NCBI GenBank assembly: GCA_964490075.1
Contig: CAZBBK010000020.1
Location: 1-64,000, forward strand
Direction: 5' to 3'
Length of the DNA: 64,000 nucleotides
Source of the DNA: an uncultured Gemmatimonadota bacterium
GTDB taxonomy: Bacteria > GCA-2686955
Below the pieces are notes generated by a model, which ran no database searches, was not told the DNA's origin, and was given only the letters and a program-made list of their open reading frames with translations. Both the position numbers and the translations under genes were made by a program. Below are positions 51,423 to 61,875 of the stretch, one piece after another. Position 1 is the first letter of the stretch. Each line of letters begins with the position of its first letter.

Positions 51423-53155
51423 ATGCCGGAGGACCGCTCCATGCGGAATTCGCGATCGATCCTGGTGACCACCTGCACGATTCTCTTCAGCGGCCTCTTC
51501 CTAGGCTTCATGACCGACGGCTACGTGCAGGCCACCGCCAGCGGCACCTACAGCTACGTCCACCTCTTCACTGAGGTGCTCGACGAGGTGAAGCGCAACT
51601 ACGTCGAGGAGATCGACGCCAAGGACCTGGTCTACTCTTCGATCCGCGGCATGATGCGCGATCTCGACGCGCACTCGGTCTTCCTCGACGAGACCGCCTA
51701 CGGCGAGCTGCGCATCGACACCAAGGGCAGCTTCGGCGGACTGGGAATCGTGATTTCGATTCGCGACGATTTCCTGACCGTGATCTCGCCGATGGAAGGC
51801 ACCCCGGCCTGGCAGAAAGGGATTCAGGCCGGTGATCGAATCGTGGCCATCGAAGGCGAGCCGACCGACGGCATCACCACCGAGGAGGCGGTGACCAAGC
51901 TGCGCGGCCCCAAGGGAACCGAGGTCACGATCACCATCGCCCGAGCCGGCATTCCCGACACCTTCGACTACACCATCACCCGCGACGTGATCGCCATCAA
52001 GTCGATCCCCTTCGCCGGCGTGCTGGGCGACGGAATCGGCTACGTGCGGCTGGTGAACTTCTCCGAGGTGGCCAGCGAAGAGCTGGCGCTGGCGATCGAG
52101 GAGCTGCTCGATCAAGAGGTGCGGGGCATCGTCCTCGATCTCAGGAACAACTCCGGCGGCCTCCTGGAGCAGGCGGTGGCGGTGGCCGACCTCTTCGTCG
52201 AGAAGGGCAAGCTGATCGTCTATACCAAAGGTCGTCACGCCGGCGATAACCGCGAGTGGGTGGCTCCGCAACGCCCGGTTCTGGAGCGCATCCCGCTGGT
52301 GGTGATGGTCAACGACGGCACCGCCAGCGCTTCGGAGATCGTCTCGGGCGCGATCCAGGACTACGACCTCGGCGTGGTGCTGGGAGTCGCCACCTACGGC
52401 AAGGGCTCGGTCCAAACCGTTCGCAACCTCTCATCGGGCACCGCGTTGAAGCTGACGACGGCGCTCTACTACACGCCCAGCGGGCGCTCGATTCACCGTC
52501 CCGAGCATCGCCGCAAGAGCGCCGGCAAGGGGGACGAAGAGGAGCCCGAAGTCTTCAAGACCGCCTCGGAAAGACCGATCGAAGGCGGTGGCGGCGTGGT
52601 TCCCGACGTGGTGGTCGAGACTCCGGAGGCATCTCGGCTGCTGATCGACATCCTGCGCAAGGACCATTTCTTCAAGTTCGTGGTGCAGATCACGGCCGCG
52701 GACCAGGATGGTCCCGAGGATCGCGAGCCCGGAGAAGANNNNNNNNNNNNNNNNNNNNNNNNNNNNNNNNNNNNNNNNNNNNNNNNNNNNNNNNNNNNNN
52801 NNNNNNNNNNNNNNNNNNNNNNNNNNNNNNNNNNNNNNACCAGGATGGTCCCGAGGATCGCGAGCCCGGAGAAGAGCTCTTCGAAGAGTTCGCCGACTAC
52901 CTGCGCGAGGCCGAGATCGAGTTCACCGACGAGGAGCTCGCCGAGGAGGCGGACTACATCGCCGCCAGCATTCGGCGCCAGATCGCCACCACGCGCTTCG
53001 GCATGGAGGCGGGCTACCGCTACGGCCTCGAGGCGGATCATCAGCTGCAAGCGGCGATCGAGCTTCTCGACGGGGTGATCGTGCCGGACGATCTGTGGGC
53101 CAAGCTCGACGAGCCGGAGGAGCTGGCCGCCGCGGAGCCGGCGTCGACGCCCTGA
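51423..53155 (+). CDS. ctpA: Carboxy-terminal processing protease (S41A, PDZ), split only by an assembly gap
   Basis: LDAHSVFL; FGGLGI; DLRNNSGG; TASASEIV; GKGSVQ; 100 N at 52739-52838 flanked by an identical 37-bp duplicate. Confidence 0.92.
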
Positions 53156-53204
53156 CTCCCGATCCTTCGTGATCTGAACGAAGCGTCGACTTTGCTCGGT
53201 GAAG

Positions 53205-53313
53205 TTGAATGCTCCGTTCAATTGGCGGTTTCGCCCGGAATCGGCCGGGTCGCCGCAATTCCCTGACCGGCAACCACTTTGGTGCCGATCTTTGACCCGG
53301 TACGGCGCTTGCA
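53205..53313 (+). promoter_or_regulatory. Sigma54-type promoter and upstream inverted repeat before the sigma factor gene
   Basis: CGGTACGGCGCTTGCA (GG-N10-GC) at 53298-53313; TTGAA-N7-TTCAA at 53205-53221. Confidence 0.5.
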
Positions 53314-53350
53314 TCCTCCGTGATCGATCCCGATCAGACATGGAGGACCC

Positions 53351-54241
53351 ATGCGCCCACCCGCCCCCACCCACGAGCTCGAGCACTACCTCGACTCGAT
53401 CGGTGCCTTCGACCTCTTGAACAGCGACGACGAGCGAGAGCTCTGCCGTCTGGCTCGCGCCGGCGATACCGAGGCTCGCAACCGGCTGGTCAGCTCCCAT
53501 CTGCGCTTCGTGGTGCAGACCGCCAAGCGCTACCAGCACCAGGGGCTATCGCTCCAGGATCTGATCCAGGAGGGAAACGTCGGGCTGATCCGCGCTACCG
53601 AGCGCTTCGATCCCGATCGGGGCTTCCGCTTCCTCTCCTACGCCTCGTGGTGGATTCGCCAGGCGATCGTGCAGGCGCTGATGGACCACGGCCGTACCGT
53701 GCGCCTGCCAGCCTACAAGGTGAAGCGGATTCGCAAGGCGCGCAAGACCGAGGCGGCGCTCTCGTCGAAGCTGGGGCGGCCGGCCAAGCCCCACGAAGTG
53801 GCCCAGGAGCTCGGGCTGGAGGCGCGCACCGTGGTGGAGGATCGGCGCCAGGCCCAGGGCTCCTTGTCGCTGGATTCCGATCTCTTCCAGGATGAAGGAA
53901 CCTCCTACCTGGACCTGCTCGCCGACGATCCCGAGCGGCGTCCCGATCGAATTCACCGCAGCGGACGGCGCCACGAGCTGCTGCAGCGCGCGATGGCCGA
54001 GCTTCCCGAGCGTCATCGCCGAGTGCTCGAGCTCTACTTCGGCCTCGCCGGCGAGGAATCGCACACGCTGGAGGAGGTCGGCCGAATGCACGGCTTCACT
54101 CGCGAGAACGCGCGTCAGATCAAGGCGAGAGCGTTGAAGACGCTGGCCGGCGCGCTCGAGGACCTGAATCGCTCGGTGGTGCCCTGCGTGGTCGAGGAGC
54201 CGGTTTCGATGCTCCTGCCGATGAGAGCGGAGGTGGCCTGA
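53351..54241 (+). CDS. RNA polymerase sigma70 factor, RpoD/RpoS-like alternative sigma lacking region 1.1
   Basis: HLRFVVQTAKRY; DLIQEGNVGL; FDPDRGFRFLSYASWWIRQ; TLEEVG...TRENARQI. Confidence 0.93.
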   Translation: MRPPAPTHELEHYLDSIGAFDLLNSDDERELCRLARAGDTEARNRLVSSHLRFVVQTAKRYQHQGLSLQDLIQEGNVGLIRATERFDPDRGFRFLSYASWWIRQAIVQALMDHGRTVRLPAYKVKRIRKARKTEAALSSKLGRPAKPHEVAQELGLEARTVVEDRRQAQGSLSLDSDLFQDEGTSYLDLLADDPERRPDRIHRSGRRHELLQRAMAELPERHRRVLELYFGLAGEESHTLEEVGRMHGFTRENARQIKARALKTLAGALEDLNRSVVPCVVEEPVSMLLPMRAEVA

Positions 54242-54252
54242 GCCAAAGGGTC

Positions 54253-54538
54253 AGGTCCCGGCAAAGTCGCCGGGACCAGGCTTCAGGCCTCGGGCTTCAG
54301 GCTTCAGACGTCGAGCCCCCGGAGGACCCGGACCCTTGCTCGAGGTTCGACGCGCGGCTTGCGCCGATTCAGGGGCAGAAGAGCTCGCTGCGTTCGCAAC
54401 TCGAACGTCGGCAGATTCGTCGCCGACTTGTACTCGGCTCGTTTGCCCGCCATAGGGTTGGCCAGCTCGGTCCGCCCTGGATGTCCGAATCCGGGCCCGA
54501 AGCCCGAAGCCTGGTCCCGGCGACCCTGCCGGGACCCT
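54253..54538. repeat. ~286-bp element bounded by ~40-bp inverted repeats (family B, MITE/REP-doublet-like)
   Basis: Left end AGGTCCCGGCAAAGTCGCCGGGACCAGGCTTC; right end GAAGCCTGGTCCCGGCGACCCTGCCGGGACC; each end is a hairpin plus GAAGC heptamers. Confidence 0.8.
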
Positions 54539-54637
54539 CTTTTCGCCGTCGGAAGCGCTTGCTGGCGGCCCGGGCGGCTGATACCCTACGCGTCTTTTGA
54601 ATCGCAACATATTCGACTCGGGCAAGAGGCCTCGCAG

Positions 54638-55027
54638 GTGATCTTCAACTACGGCAATGTGCTGGTCTTCGCGGCCGTCGCGCTGCTCTTCGTCGGCGTC
54701 AGCCTGCTCCTGTCCAAACTGCTTCGACCCCACGTCTACGACACCGAGAAGCTCACCTCTTATGAGTGCGGCATGCGCCCCGTCGGCAGCGCCTGGGTGC
54801 AGTTCAGCGTGCGCTTCTACCTGGTGGCGCTGGCGTTCATCGTCTTCGACGTCGAGATTCTGTTCCTCTTTCCCTGGTCGGTGGTGTTCCAGGCCGCCGG
54901 CATGGCCGCCCTGGTGAAGATGGGCATCTTCATCGCAATCCTGTTGCTGGGGTTGGCCTACGCCTGGCAGCGCGGCGATCTCGATTGGGTGAAGAAGGTG
55001 GTCTCGACCGAGGAAGGGTCGTTCTGA
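54638..55027 (+). CDS. nuoA: NADH-quinone oxidoreductase subunit A
   Basis: YECG; FYLVALAFIVFDVEILFLFPW; GDLDW. Confidence 0.95.
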   Translation: MIFNYGNVLVFAAVALLFVGVSLLLSKLLRPHVYDTEKLTSYECGMRPVGSAWVQFSVRFYLVALAFIVFDVEILFLFPWSVVFQAAGMAALVKMGIFIAILLLGLAYAWQRGDLDWVKKVVSTEEGSF

Positions 55028-55091
55028 GGCGTGATCGGCGGCCCCAGGCCGCTCGCCACGGTCTCGCTCGAAGCCTCAGATGGAGATCGGA

Positions 55092-55616
55092 ATGAGTGAC
55101 CAAGCGGCTCCTCCGATGAGCCTGGAGCTGAAGGACAACGTCCTGTTGACCAGGGTCGATCGGATCATCGACTGGGCGCGCTTGTCCTCGATCTGGCCGA
55201 TGACCTTTGGCCTGGCCTGCTGTGCGATCGAGATGATGGCGGTCGGTGCGGCTCGCTACGACCTGGACCGCTTCGGCGCCGGGGCCTTTCGCGCGACCCC
55301 GCGCCAGGCCGACCTGATGATCGTCGCCGGCACGGTGGTCTACAAGATGGCGCCCAAGGTGAAGCTGCTCTACGACCAGATGCCCGAGCCGAAATGGGTG
55401 ATCGCGATGGGGGCCTGCGCGACCGGCGCCGGTCCCTACTTCAACCACGGTTACCACGTGATGCAGGGGGTCGACCGCATCATCCCGGTCGACGTCTACC
55501 TGCCGGGCTGCCCGCCCCGTCCCGAGGCCCTGATCGACGCCCTGCTGACCCTTCAGGAGAAGATCCGCCGAGAGCGGCCCTTGACCCAGCGGCTGCGCGA
55601 GCTGTGGAGCAGGTGA
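55092..55616 (+). CDS. nuoB: NADH-quinone oxidoreductase subunit B
   Basis: [36 protein letters not shown]. Confidence 0.96.
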   Translation: MSDQAAPPMSLELKDNVLLTRVDRIIDWARLSSIWPMTFGLACCAIEMMAVGAARYDLDRFGAGAFRATPRQADLMIVAGTVVYKMAPKVKLLYDQMPEPKWVIAMGACATGAGPYFNHGYHVMQGVDRIIPVDVYLPGCPPRPEALIDALLTLQEKIRRERPLTQRLRELWSR

Positions 55617-55620
55617 AGGC

Positions 55621-56133
55621 ATGAAGATCGACCAGATCGTAGAGCGCTTGATGGCGATCGGCGGCGAGGAGTCGGTGCTCGAAGAGCTCGACATGCCGGG
55701 GCCGGTGGTGCGCCTGCCGCGCGCGGCGCTGGCCGAGGCGATGCCCTACCTGCGCGAGGCCGGCTTCGACTCGCTGATGGCGCTCTCCGGCATCGACTAC
55801 AAGGGGATGAAGAAACTGGGCAAAGAGGCGGGCGACGCACTGGGTGTCGTCTACCATCTCCATTCCCATCTGCACCGGCTGAAGCTGACCGTGAAGGTGT
55901 GGCTGCCGCGCGCCGAGCCGAGCCTGCCTTCGGTGGCGGCGATCTGGCGCACCGCCGACTGGCACGAGAGGGAAGCCTTCGATCTGTTCGGGATCGTCTT
56001 CGAAGGGCACCCCGATCTGCGTCGTTTGCTGCTGCCCGACGATTGGGAGGGATGGCCGCTGCGCAAGGACTATGCGATGCCCACCGAGTATCGCGGCATT
56101 CCTCATCGCGTCGAGGTGGAGGAGCCCTCATGA
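55621..56133 (+). CDS. nuoC: NADH-quinone oxidoreductase subunit C
   Basis: WHEREAFDLFGIVFEGHPDLRRLLLPDDWEGWPLRKDY. Confidence 0.95.
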   Translation: MKIDQIVERLMAIGGEESVLEELDMPGPVVRLPRAALAEAMPYLREAGFDSLMALSGIDYKGMKKLGKEAGDALGVVYHLHSHLHRLKLTVKVWLPRAEPSLPSVAAIWRTADWHEREAFDLFGIVFEGHPDLRRLLLPDDWEGWPLRKDYAMPTEYRGIPHRVEVEEPS

Positions 56134-57254
56134 TGGGAGCGAGCGCCGAGAATCGCGGCTTCGTGCTCAACATGGGGCCGCAGCACCCCTCCACCCACGG
56201 CGTGCTGCGCATGGAGGTCCACTGCGACGGCGAGGTGGTCAGCGCCGCGCAGGCCGACATCGGCTACCTGCACCGCTGCAAGGAGAAGGTCGCCGAGGAG
56301 GAGACATATTTCAAATTCACCCCCTATACCGATCGCATCGACTACCTGGCGTCGATGAACCAGAACCTCGGCTTCTGCATCGCCGTGGAGCGCTTGGCCG
56401 GGATCGAGGTGCCCGAGCGCGCGGAGTACATCCGCATCATCGTTGCCGAGCTGAACCGGATCGCCAGCCACCTGGTGGCATTTGGCACCTATGGCCTCGA
56501 CGTCGGCGCCATCACGCCATTTCTGTACGCGTTTCGCGAGCGCGAGAAGATCCTCGACATCTTCGAAGAGATCTGCGGCGCGCGCCTGACCTACGCTTAT
56601 GTCTACATCGGCGGTCTGATCCGCGATATCACGCCGCGCCATCTCGGCATGATCGCCGACTTCCTCGACTACTTCGAGCCCAAGCTCGAGGAGTACGACC
56701 GCCTGCTCTCCTACAACCAGATATTCATCAAGCGCACCGCCAACATCGGTGTGTTGCCGGCGGCGATGGCGATCGACTACGGCTGCTCCGGACCGGTGCT
56801 GCGCGCCTCGGGCGTGAGCTGGGATCTGCGCCGCGACGATACCTTTTCGATTTACGATTCCTTCGATTGGAACGTGGTCGTGGGGCGCGGCGAGATGGGC
56901 ACCACCGGCGACACCTGGGATCGCTACATCGTGCGCCTGCGTGAGATGCGCGAGTCGGTGAAGATCCTCCGGCAGGCGATCCGCCAGGTCCCCAAGGGCC
57001 CCTTCCAGGGCAAGGTGCCGGCGCGCTTGAAGCCGAAGTACAGCGAGATCTACTGTCGAACCGAGACCCCTCGCGGCGAGCTCGGCTTCTACCTGGTGGC
57101 CGATGGCGCGACCGCGCCCTGGCGTTGCAAGGTCCGCTCGCCTTGCTTCAGCAATCTCTCGGTGATCGGCGAGCTGGCGCCCGGTCTGATGATCGCCGAC
57201 CTGGTCGCGGTGCTGGGGTCGATCGACGTGGTGATGGGAGACGTGGACCGTTGA
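56130..57254 (+). CDS. nuoD: NADH-quinone oxidoreductase subunit D
   Basis: NMGPQHPSTHGVLR; GYLHR; ELNRIASHL; SIDVVMGDVDR. Confidence 0.96.
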   Translation: MMGASAENRGFVLNMGPQHPSTHGVLRMEVHCDGEVVSAAQADIGYLHRCKEKVAEEETYFKFTPYTDRIDYLASMNQNLGFCIAVERLAGIEVPERAEYIRIIVAELNRIASHLVAFGTYGLDVGAITPFLYAFREREKILDIFEEICGARLTYAYVYIGGLIRDITPRHLGMIADFLDYFEPKLEEYDRLLSYNQIFIKRTANIGVLPAAMAIDYGCSGPVLRASGVSWDLRRDDTFSIYDSFDWNVVVGRGEMGTTGDTWDRYIVRLREMRESVKILRQAIRQVPKGPFQGKVPARLKPKYSEIYCRTETPRGELGFYLVADGATAPWRCKVRSPCFSNLSVIGELAPGLMIADLVAVLGSIDVVMGDVDR

Positions 57255-58300
57255 AAGAGCTGGTGTTGAACCTGACCCGGCCCGAGGGACTTCTCGCCGG
57301 CCTGTCGACCGGCACCGCGGGCTTGTTGGTGATGTGCGCGTCCTGCGCCCTGGTGCTCGGGGTGGTGGCGGTCAACGGCATGTTCCTGGTCTGGTGGGAA
57401 CGCAAAGTGTCGGCTCATATCCAGTGCCGCGTCGGACCGATGACCACCGGCTACTGGCACGGCTGGCTGCAGTCGGTCGCCGACGGTGTCAAGCTGCTCC
57501 TGAAGGAGAACATCGTCCCGCTCCTGGCCGACAAGTGGCTGTTCATGCTGGCGCCGGTGTTGGTCTTTATGTCGGCCTTCATGGCCTTCGTGCCGATCCC
57601 CTGGAGCGCCGACCTGATCGTCGCCGACCTGAACGTGGGCGTGCTCTATATTGCGGCCATTACCTCGCTCTCGGTGATCGGCGTGATCATGGCCGGCTGG
57701 GCCAGCAACAACAAGTGGAGCCTTTACGGCGGCATGCGCGCCGCGGCGCAGATCGTCTCGTACGAGATCCCGGTCGGCCTGGCGCTGGTGCCGGCGCTGA
57801 TGGCCGCCGAAACGCTGTCGATGCAGGGCATCGTCGCCAGCCAGGCGGGCGGCATCTGGAACTGGAATCTGTTCGCCGGGGGCCCCTTCACCCTGATCGC
57901 CTTCGGGGCCCTCTTCCTCGGCTCTCTGGCCGAGGTCAACCGTGCCCCCTTCGATCTGCCGGAAGCGGAATCGGAGCTGGTCAGCGGCTTCCACACCGAG
58001 TACTCGGGCATGTGCTTCGCCTTTTTCTTCCTGGCGGAGTACTCGGAGATGTTCATCGTCGCGGCCGTGGCCTCGGTGCTCTACCTCGGCGGCTGGCACG
58101 ATCCTCTGGGACTGGGACTGGTGCCCGGTCCGCTCATGCTCTTGGCCAAAGTGCTGCTCTTGGTGTTCGTACAGATGTGGTTCCGCTGGACCTTCCCGCG
58201 GCTGCGCGTCGATCAGCTGATGTTCCTGGCCTGGAAAGTCCTGACGCCGATCGGTTTCATCAATGTGTTCGGGGCGGCCTTCTGGCTGCTCCTGGCCTAG
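57251..58300 (+). CDS. nuoH: NADH-quinone oxidoreductase subunit H
   Basis: ERKVSAHIQCRVGP; ADGVKLLLKE; AQIVSYE; NRAPFDLPEAESEL. Confidence 0.96.
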   Translation: MKELVLNLTRPEGLLAGLSTGTAGLLVMCASCALVLGVVAVNGMFLVWWERKVSAHIQCRVGPMTTGYWHGWLQSVADGVKLLLKENIVPLLADKWLFMLAPVLVFMSAFMAFVPIPWSADLIVADLNVGVLYIAAITSLSVIGVIMAGWASNNKWSLYGGMRAAAQIVSYEIPVGLALVPALMAAETLSMQGIVASQAGGIWNWNLFAGGPFTLIAFGALFLGSLAEVNRAPFDLPEAESELVSGFHTEYSGMCFAFFFLAEYSEMFIVAAVASVLYLGGWHDPLGLGLVPGPLMLLAKVLLLVFVQMWFRWTFPRLRVDQLMFLAWKVLTPIGFINVFGAAFWLLLA

Positions 58301-58313
58301 GATCTCGAGCGAG

Positions 58314-58922
58314 ATGAGAGCCTACCTTCACGATATCTACCACGGGATCCGCAGCTCCTGGGCCGGGCTGCGGATCACTTGGAGCCACCTGTTCCGCAAG
58401 TCGGTGACCGTCCACTACCCCTTCGAAGAGGTGAAGGTGGCCGAAGGGTTCCGCGGCCTGCATCATTTGAAGCTGGACATCTGCATCGCCTGCAACCAGT
58501 GCGCCAACGCCTGCCCGGTGGCCTGCATCGAGCAGGATTTCGTACGCGTCGACAAAGAGAACGTGCTGGCGCTGCGTTTCAGCATCGACTACAACAAGTG
58601 TCTGTTCTGCTGGTACTGCATTCCGGTCTGCCCCACCGATTGCATCACCATGGGGCAGGAATACGAGCTCTCCACCTACGACCGGAGTTCACTGAGCTAC
58701 GATCTGGTGGCCAGAGCGGAGCCGACCGCGACCCGTGACATGGTGCTCTTCCGGCAGGAGTTCGGCGAGGCGATCGAGAAGCTGCGCGAGAAGAAGCCGG
58801 AGCAGGCGCAGCGCGCCGAGGAGCTGATCGACGATCCGGCCGTCGGCCTCTGCGGTCGCAATCCCGCCAAGGAGAAGAGCGCGTCGGCGGGGCACGCGGC
58901 GGCGGAGGCGGTGGCGACATGA
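58314..58922 (+). CDS. nuoI: NADH-quinone oxidoreductase subunit I
   Basis: Two CxxCxxCxxxCP motifs; VTVHYP. Confidence 0.95.
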   Translation: MRAYLHDIYHGIRSSWAGLRITWSHLFRKSVTVHYPFEEVKVAEGFRGLHHLKLDICIACNQCANACPVACIEQDFVRVDKENVLALRFSIDYNKCLFCWYCIPVCPTDCITMGQEYELSTYDRSSLSYDLVARAEPTATRDMVLFRQEFGEAIEKLREKKPEQAQRAEELIDDPAVGLCGRNPAKEKSASAGHAAAEAVAT

Positions 58923-59428
58923 GCTACGAGTCTTTTGTCTGGTACTTGATCGCGATCTTCACCGTGGCCACGGCGGTCTACGTGGTCTTCACCCGCAACA
59001 TCGTTCGCGCCGCTCTCTCTCTGGTCTTCACCTTCCTCGGGATCGCCGCCCTCTATGTGCTGCTGCGGGCCGACTTCCTGGCCGTGGCACAGCTCTTGAT
59101 CTACGGCGGAGGCATCACCGTTCTGCTGCTTTTCGGCGTCATGCTCACCCATCGCCACCAGGGCATGGAGCTCGATCTGGAGCCGCTGAAGGCGCTGCCG
59201 GCGGCGCTCATCGCCGGCGGATTCGGGGTCGCGGTCGTGGCCGCGGCGCGGCGCGCCGACTGGAGCCTGGTCGCTCCGGTGGAGCCGACCGGAACCTCGC
59301 AAGCGATCGGTACGATGATCATGACCACCCATCTCTTGCCCTTCGAAGAGATCTCCGTGCTGCTCTTGGTGGTGCTGGTCGGCGCCCTCTTCCTGGCGCG
59401 GCGCGGCGGTGAGGAGGGTTCCTCATGA
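58919..59428 (+). CDS. nuoJ: NADH-quinone oxidoreductase subunit J
   Basis: ADFLAVAQLLIYGGGITVLLLFGVML; PFEEISVLLL. Confidence 0.95.
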   Translation: MSYESFVWYLIAIFTVATAVYVVFTRNIVRAALSLVFTFLGIAALYVLLRADFLAVAQLLIYGGGITVLLLFGVMLTHRHQGMELDLEPLKALPAALIAGGFGVAVVAAARRADWSLVAPVEPTGTSQAIGTMIMTTHLLPFEEISVLLLVVLVGALFLARRGGEEGSS

Positions 59429-59730
59429 TTACCTTGACCCACTACCTGGTGCTGGCCGGAATCCTGTTCTGTCTCGGCCTCTTCGCGGTGCTGACGCGGC
59501 GCAACGCGGTCACGGTTCTGATGGGGATCGAGCTGATGCTCAATGCCGGGAATCTGAACCTGGTCGCCTTCAACCGCTTCACGGCCACCGGCGGCGAGGG
59601 TCAGATCTTCGCGCTCTTCATCATCGTGCTGGCCGCGGCCGAGGCGGCGATCGCGCTGGCGATCTTGCTGACCATCTACCGCACTTACAAACACATCACG
59701 GTGGACGAGATCCACCTTTTGCAGGGCTGA
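59425..59730 (+). CDS. nuoK: NADH-quinone oxidoreductase subunit K
   Basis: RRNAVTVLMGIELMLNA; AAAEAAIALA. Confidence 0.95.
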   Translation: MITLTHYLVLAGILFCLGLFAVLTRRNAVTVLMGIELMLNAGNLNLVAFNRFTATGGEGQIFALFIIVLAAAEAAIALAILLTIYRTYKHITVDEIHLLQG

Positions 59731-59736
59731 GTTTCG

Positions 59737-61818
59737 ATGCTGAGCGCCGCACTGATCTGCTTATCGCTTCCGCTCGCCGCGTTCGTGGTGCAGATGTTCG
59801 TTGGCAAGCGTCTGCCGCGCCAGGGCGATTTCGTGTCGATCGCCGCGATCGGGGCGGCTCTGGTGGCGTCGTGCTGGGTCCTGTGGCGGGTGATCGAGGG
59901 GGGGGATCCCGGCTACAGCTGGAACCTGGTGTTCCCCTGGGTCGACCTGCGCGGCTTCACGCTGCCGATGGGCCTCGCCATCGACACCCTGACCGCCTGG
60001 ATGCTGGTGGTCGTGACCACGGTCAGCTTCCTGGTGCACGTGTTCTCGATCGGCTACATGCACGGCGAAGAGCGCTACCACCTCTACTTCGGCTATCTGT
60101 CGCTCTTTTCGTTCTCGATGTTGTGGCTGGTGCTGTCCGACAATCTGCTCGGGATCTTCGTCGGCTGGGAGCTGGTCGGGGTGTCGTCGTACTTGCTGAT
60201 TGGCTTCTTCTTCCCCAAACGCTCGGCGGCCCTGGCCTGCAAGAAGGCCTTTTTGACCAATCGCGTGGGCGACCTGGGGATGTGGCTGGGGATCATGCTG
60301 GTCTGGAAGGAGCTCGGGGTGCTCCGACTGGAGCAGGTCTTCCACCATGTCGCGACCGGCGCCTTTCCCTCGGAAGCGATGCTGACCATCGCCGGGCTCT
60401 TGCTCTTCGTCGGCGCGGTGGGCAAGTCGGCGCAGTTGCCGCTGCACGTCTGGCTGCCGGACGCGATGGAGGGTCCGACGCCGGTGTCGGCGCTGATTCA
60501 CGCGGCGACCATGGTGGCCGCGGGAGTCTACCTGGTGGGTCGACTCTTCCCGATCCTGACGCCCGACGCGCTGCTGGTGATCGCCTACGTGGGCGCGCTG
60601 ACCGCCTTCTTCGCGGCGACCGTCGCCATCGTCCAGGACGACATCAAGCGCGTGCTGGCCTATTCAACCGTGTCGCAGCTCGGTTACATGATGGTCGCTC
60701 TGGGCGTCGGCTCGTACGTCGGAGGACTCTTCCACCTGGTCACGCACGCGGCGTTCAAAGCCTGTCTCTTCCTGGGCTCGGGCGCGGTGATTCACGCGGT
60801 GCACACGCAAAACATCTGGGAGATGGGCGGGCTGCGCAAGAAGCTGCCGGTCACCTTCACGACCTGGGTGATCAGCACCGCGGCGATCTCCGGTTTCCCG
60901 TACCTGACCAACGGGTTCTTCAGCAAGGAACGGATCCTCGGCGACGCGATGGGCTTCGGCCTGCATCTGCCGCAGCATTTCCTGGTCTTCTTGCTGCCGA
61001 TGGTCGCCGCGGTGATCACGGTTTTCTACATGACGCGGGTCACCATCGTGACCTTCTTCGGCGAGCCGCGCGACCGAGAAAAGTACGACCATGCCCACGA
61101 GGGCGGGCTGGAGATCACCGCGCCCTTGGTGGTGCTCTCGGTGATCACGGTGCTCGGCTTCGCCTACGCCGGTCCCTTCGAGCGACTGGTGACTCCGCCC
61201 AGCGCCACCGACTACGCGGCCGTGGAGCACGCGACGATTCACTACGGGATCACGGAGCACGCCGGATCGGGCCACGCGGCCCACGAGGGCGAGGCCGGCG
61301 GCGCGCCCGCCGCCCACCACGAAGGCGCCTGGGGACCGCACCAGGTCGATGCCCGCGCTCTGCACACCGCCCACACCGCCGTTCTCTATCTGTCGCTGCT
61401 GGCGTTGCTGCTGGGTGTCGGGCTGGCCACCCTCATCTACTACCAGAAGCGCTCCTACGAAGCCCTGGCGAGCCGTTTCGCCGGCGCCTGGCGCGTGCTC
61501 TACCACAAGTACTTCGTCGACGAGGCCTACCAGGCCTGGGTGATCGATCCTCTGCTCTGGCTCAATCGGCTGAGCGCCGCCTTCGACCGCCGGGTGATCG
61601 ACGGCGCGGTCAACGGATCGGCCACGCTGACCCGCGCCTTGTCGAGCTCCTCCGGCTGGGCCGATCTGCGCATCGTCGACGGCATCGTCAACGGCCTGGC
61701 GGCGCTAACCCAACTCTTCGGAGCCACGGCGCGGCGCCTCGAGACCGGCCGCATTCAGCACTACTTCCTGTTCTTCCTGGGCGGGACCCTGGTCCTCATG
61801 CTCATAAAGGTGTATTGA
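59737..61818 (+). CDS. nuoL: NADH-quinone oxidoreductase subunit L
   Basis: GWELVG; TNRVGD; KSAQLPLHVWLPDAMEGPTPVSALIHAATMV. Confidence 0.96.
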   Translation: MLSAALICLSLPLAAFVVQMFVGKRLPRQGDFVSIAAIGAALVASCWVLWRVIEGGDPGYSWNLVFPWVDLRGFTLPMGLAIDTLTAWMLVVVTTVSFLVHVFSIGYMHGEERYHLYFGYLSLFSFSMLWLVLSDNLLGIFVGWELVGVSSYLLIGFFFPKRSAALACKKAFLTNRVGDLGMWLGIMLVWKELGVLRLEQVFHHVATGAFPSEAMLTIAGLLLFVGAVGKSAQLPLHVWLPDAMEGPTPVSALIHAATMVAAGVYLVGRLFPILTPDALLVIAYVGALTAFFAATVAIVQDDIKRVLAYSTVSQLGYMMVALGVGSYVGGLFHLVTHAAFKACLFLGSGAVIHAVHTQNIWEMGGLRKKLPVTFTTWVISTAAISGFPYLTNGFFSKERILGDAMGFGLHLPQHFLVFLLPMVAAVITVFYMTRVTIVTFFGEPRDREKYDHAHEGGLEITAPLVVLSVITVLGFAYAGPFERLVTPPSATDYAAVEHATIHYGITEHAGSGHAAHEGEAGGAPAAHHEGAWGPHQVDARALHTAHTAVLYLSLLALLLGVGLATLIYYQKRSYEALASRFAGAWRVLYHKYFVDEAYQAWVIDPLLWLNRLSAAFDRRVIDGAVNGSATLTRALSSSSGWADLRIVDGIVNGLAALTQLFGATARRLETGRIQHYFLFFLGGTLVLMLIKVY

Positions 61819-61875
61819 TGTTCGTCCCATCCAGTTCAGCGCGTGAAACCGCCGCGCCGGAGGTGAATCGCAGCC

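Noticed and set aside
52702-52875. Apparent frameshift and 37-bp direct repeat in ctpA
   Set aside because: An identical 37 bp flanks a 100-N scaffold gap; merging the overlap restores one ORF, so this is an assembly artefact
61225-61380. His-rich insertion in NuoL
   Set aside because: His-rich low-complexity loops at this position are common in NuoL
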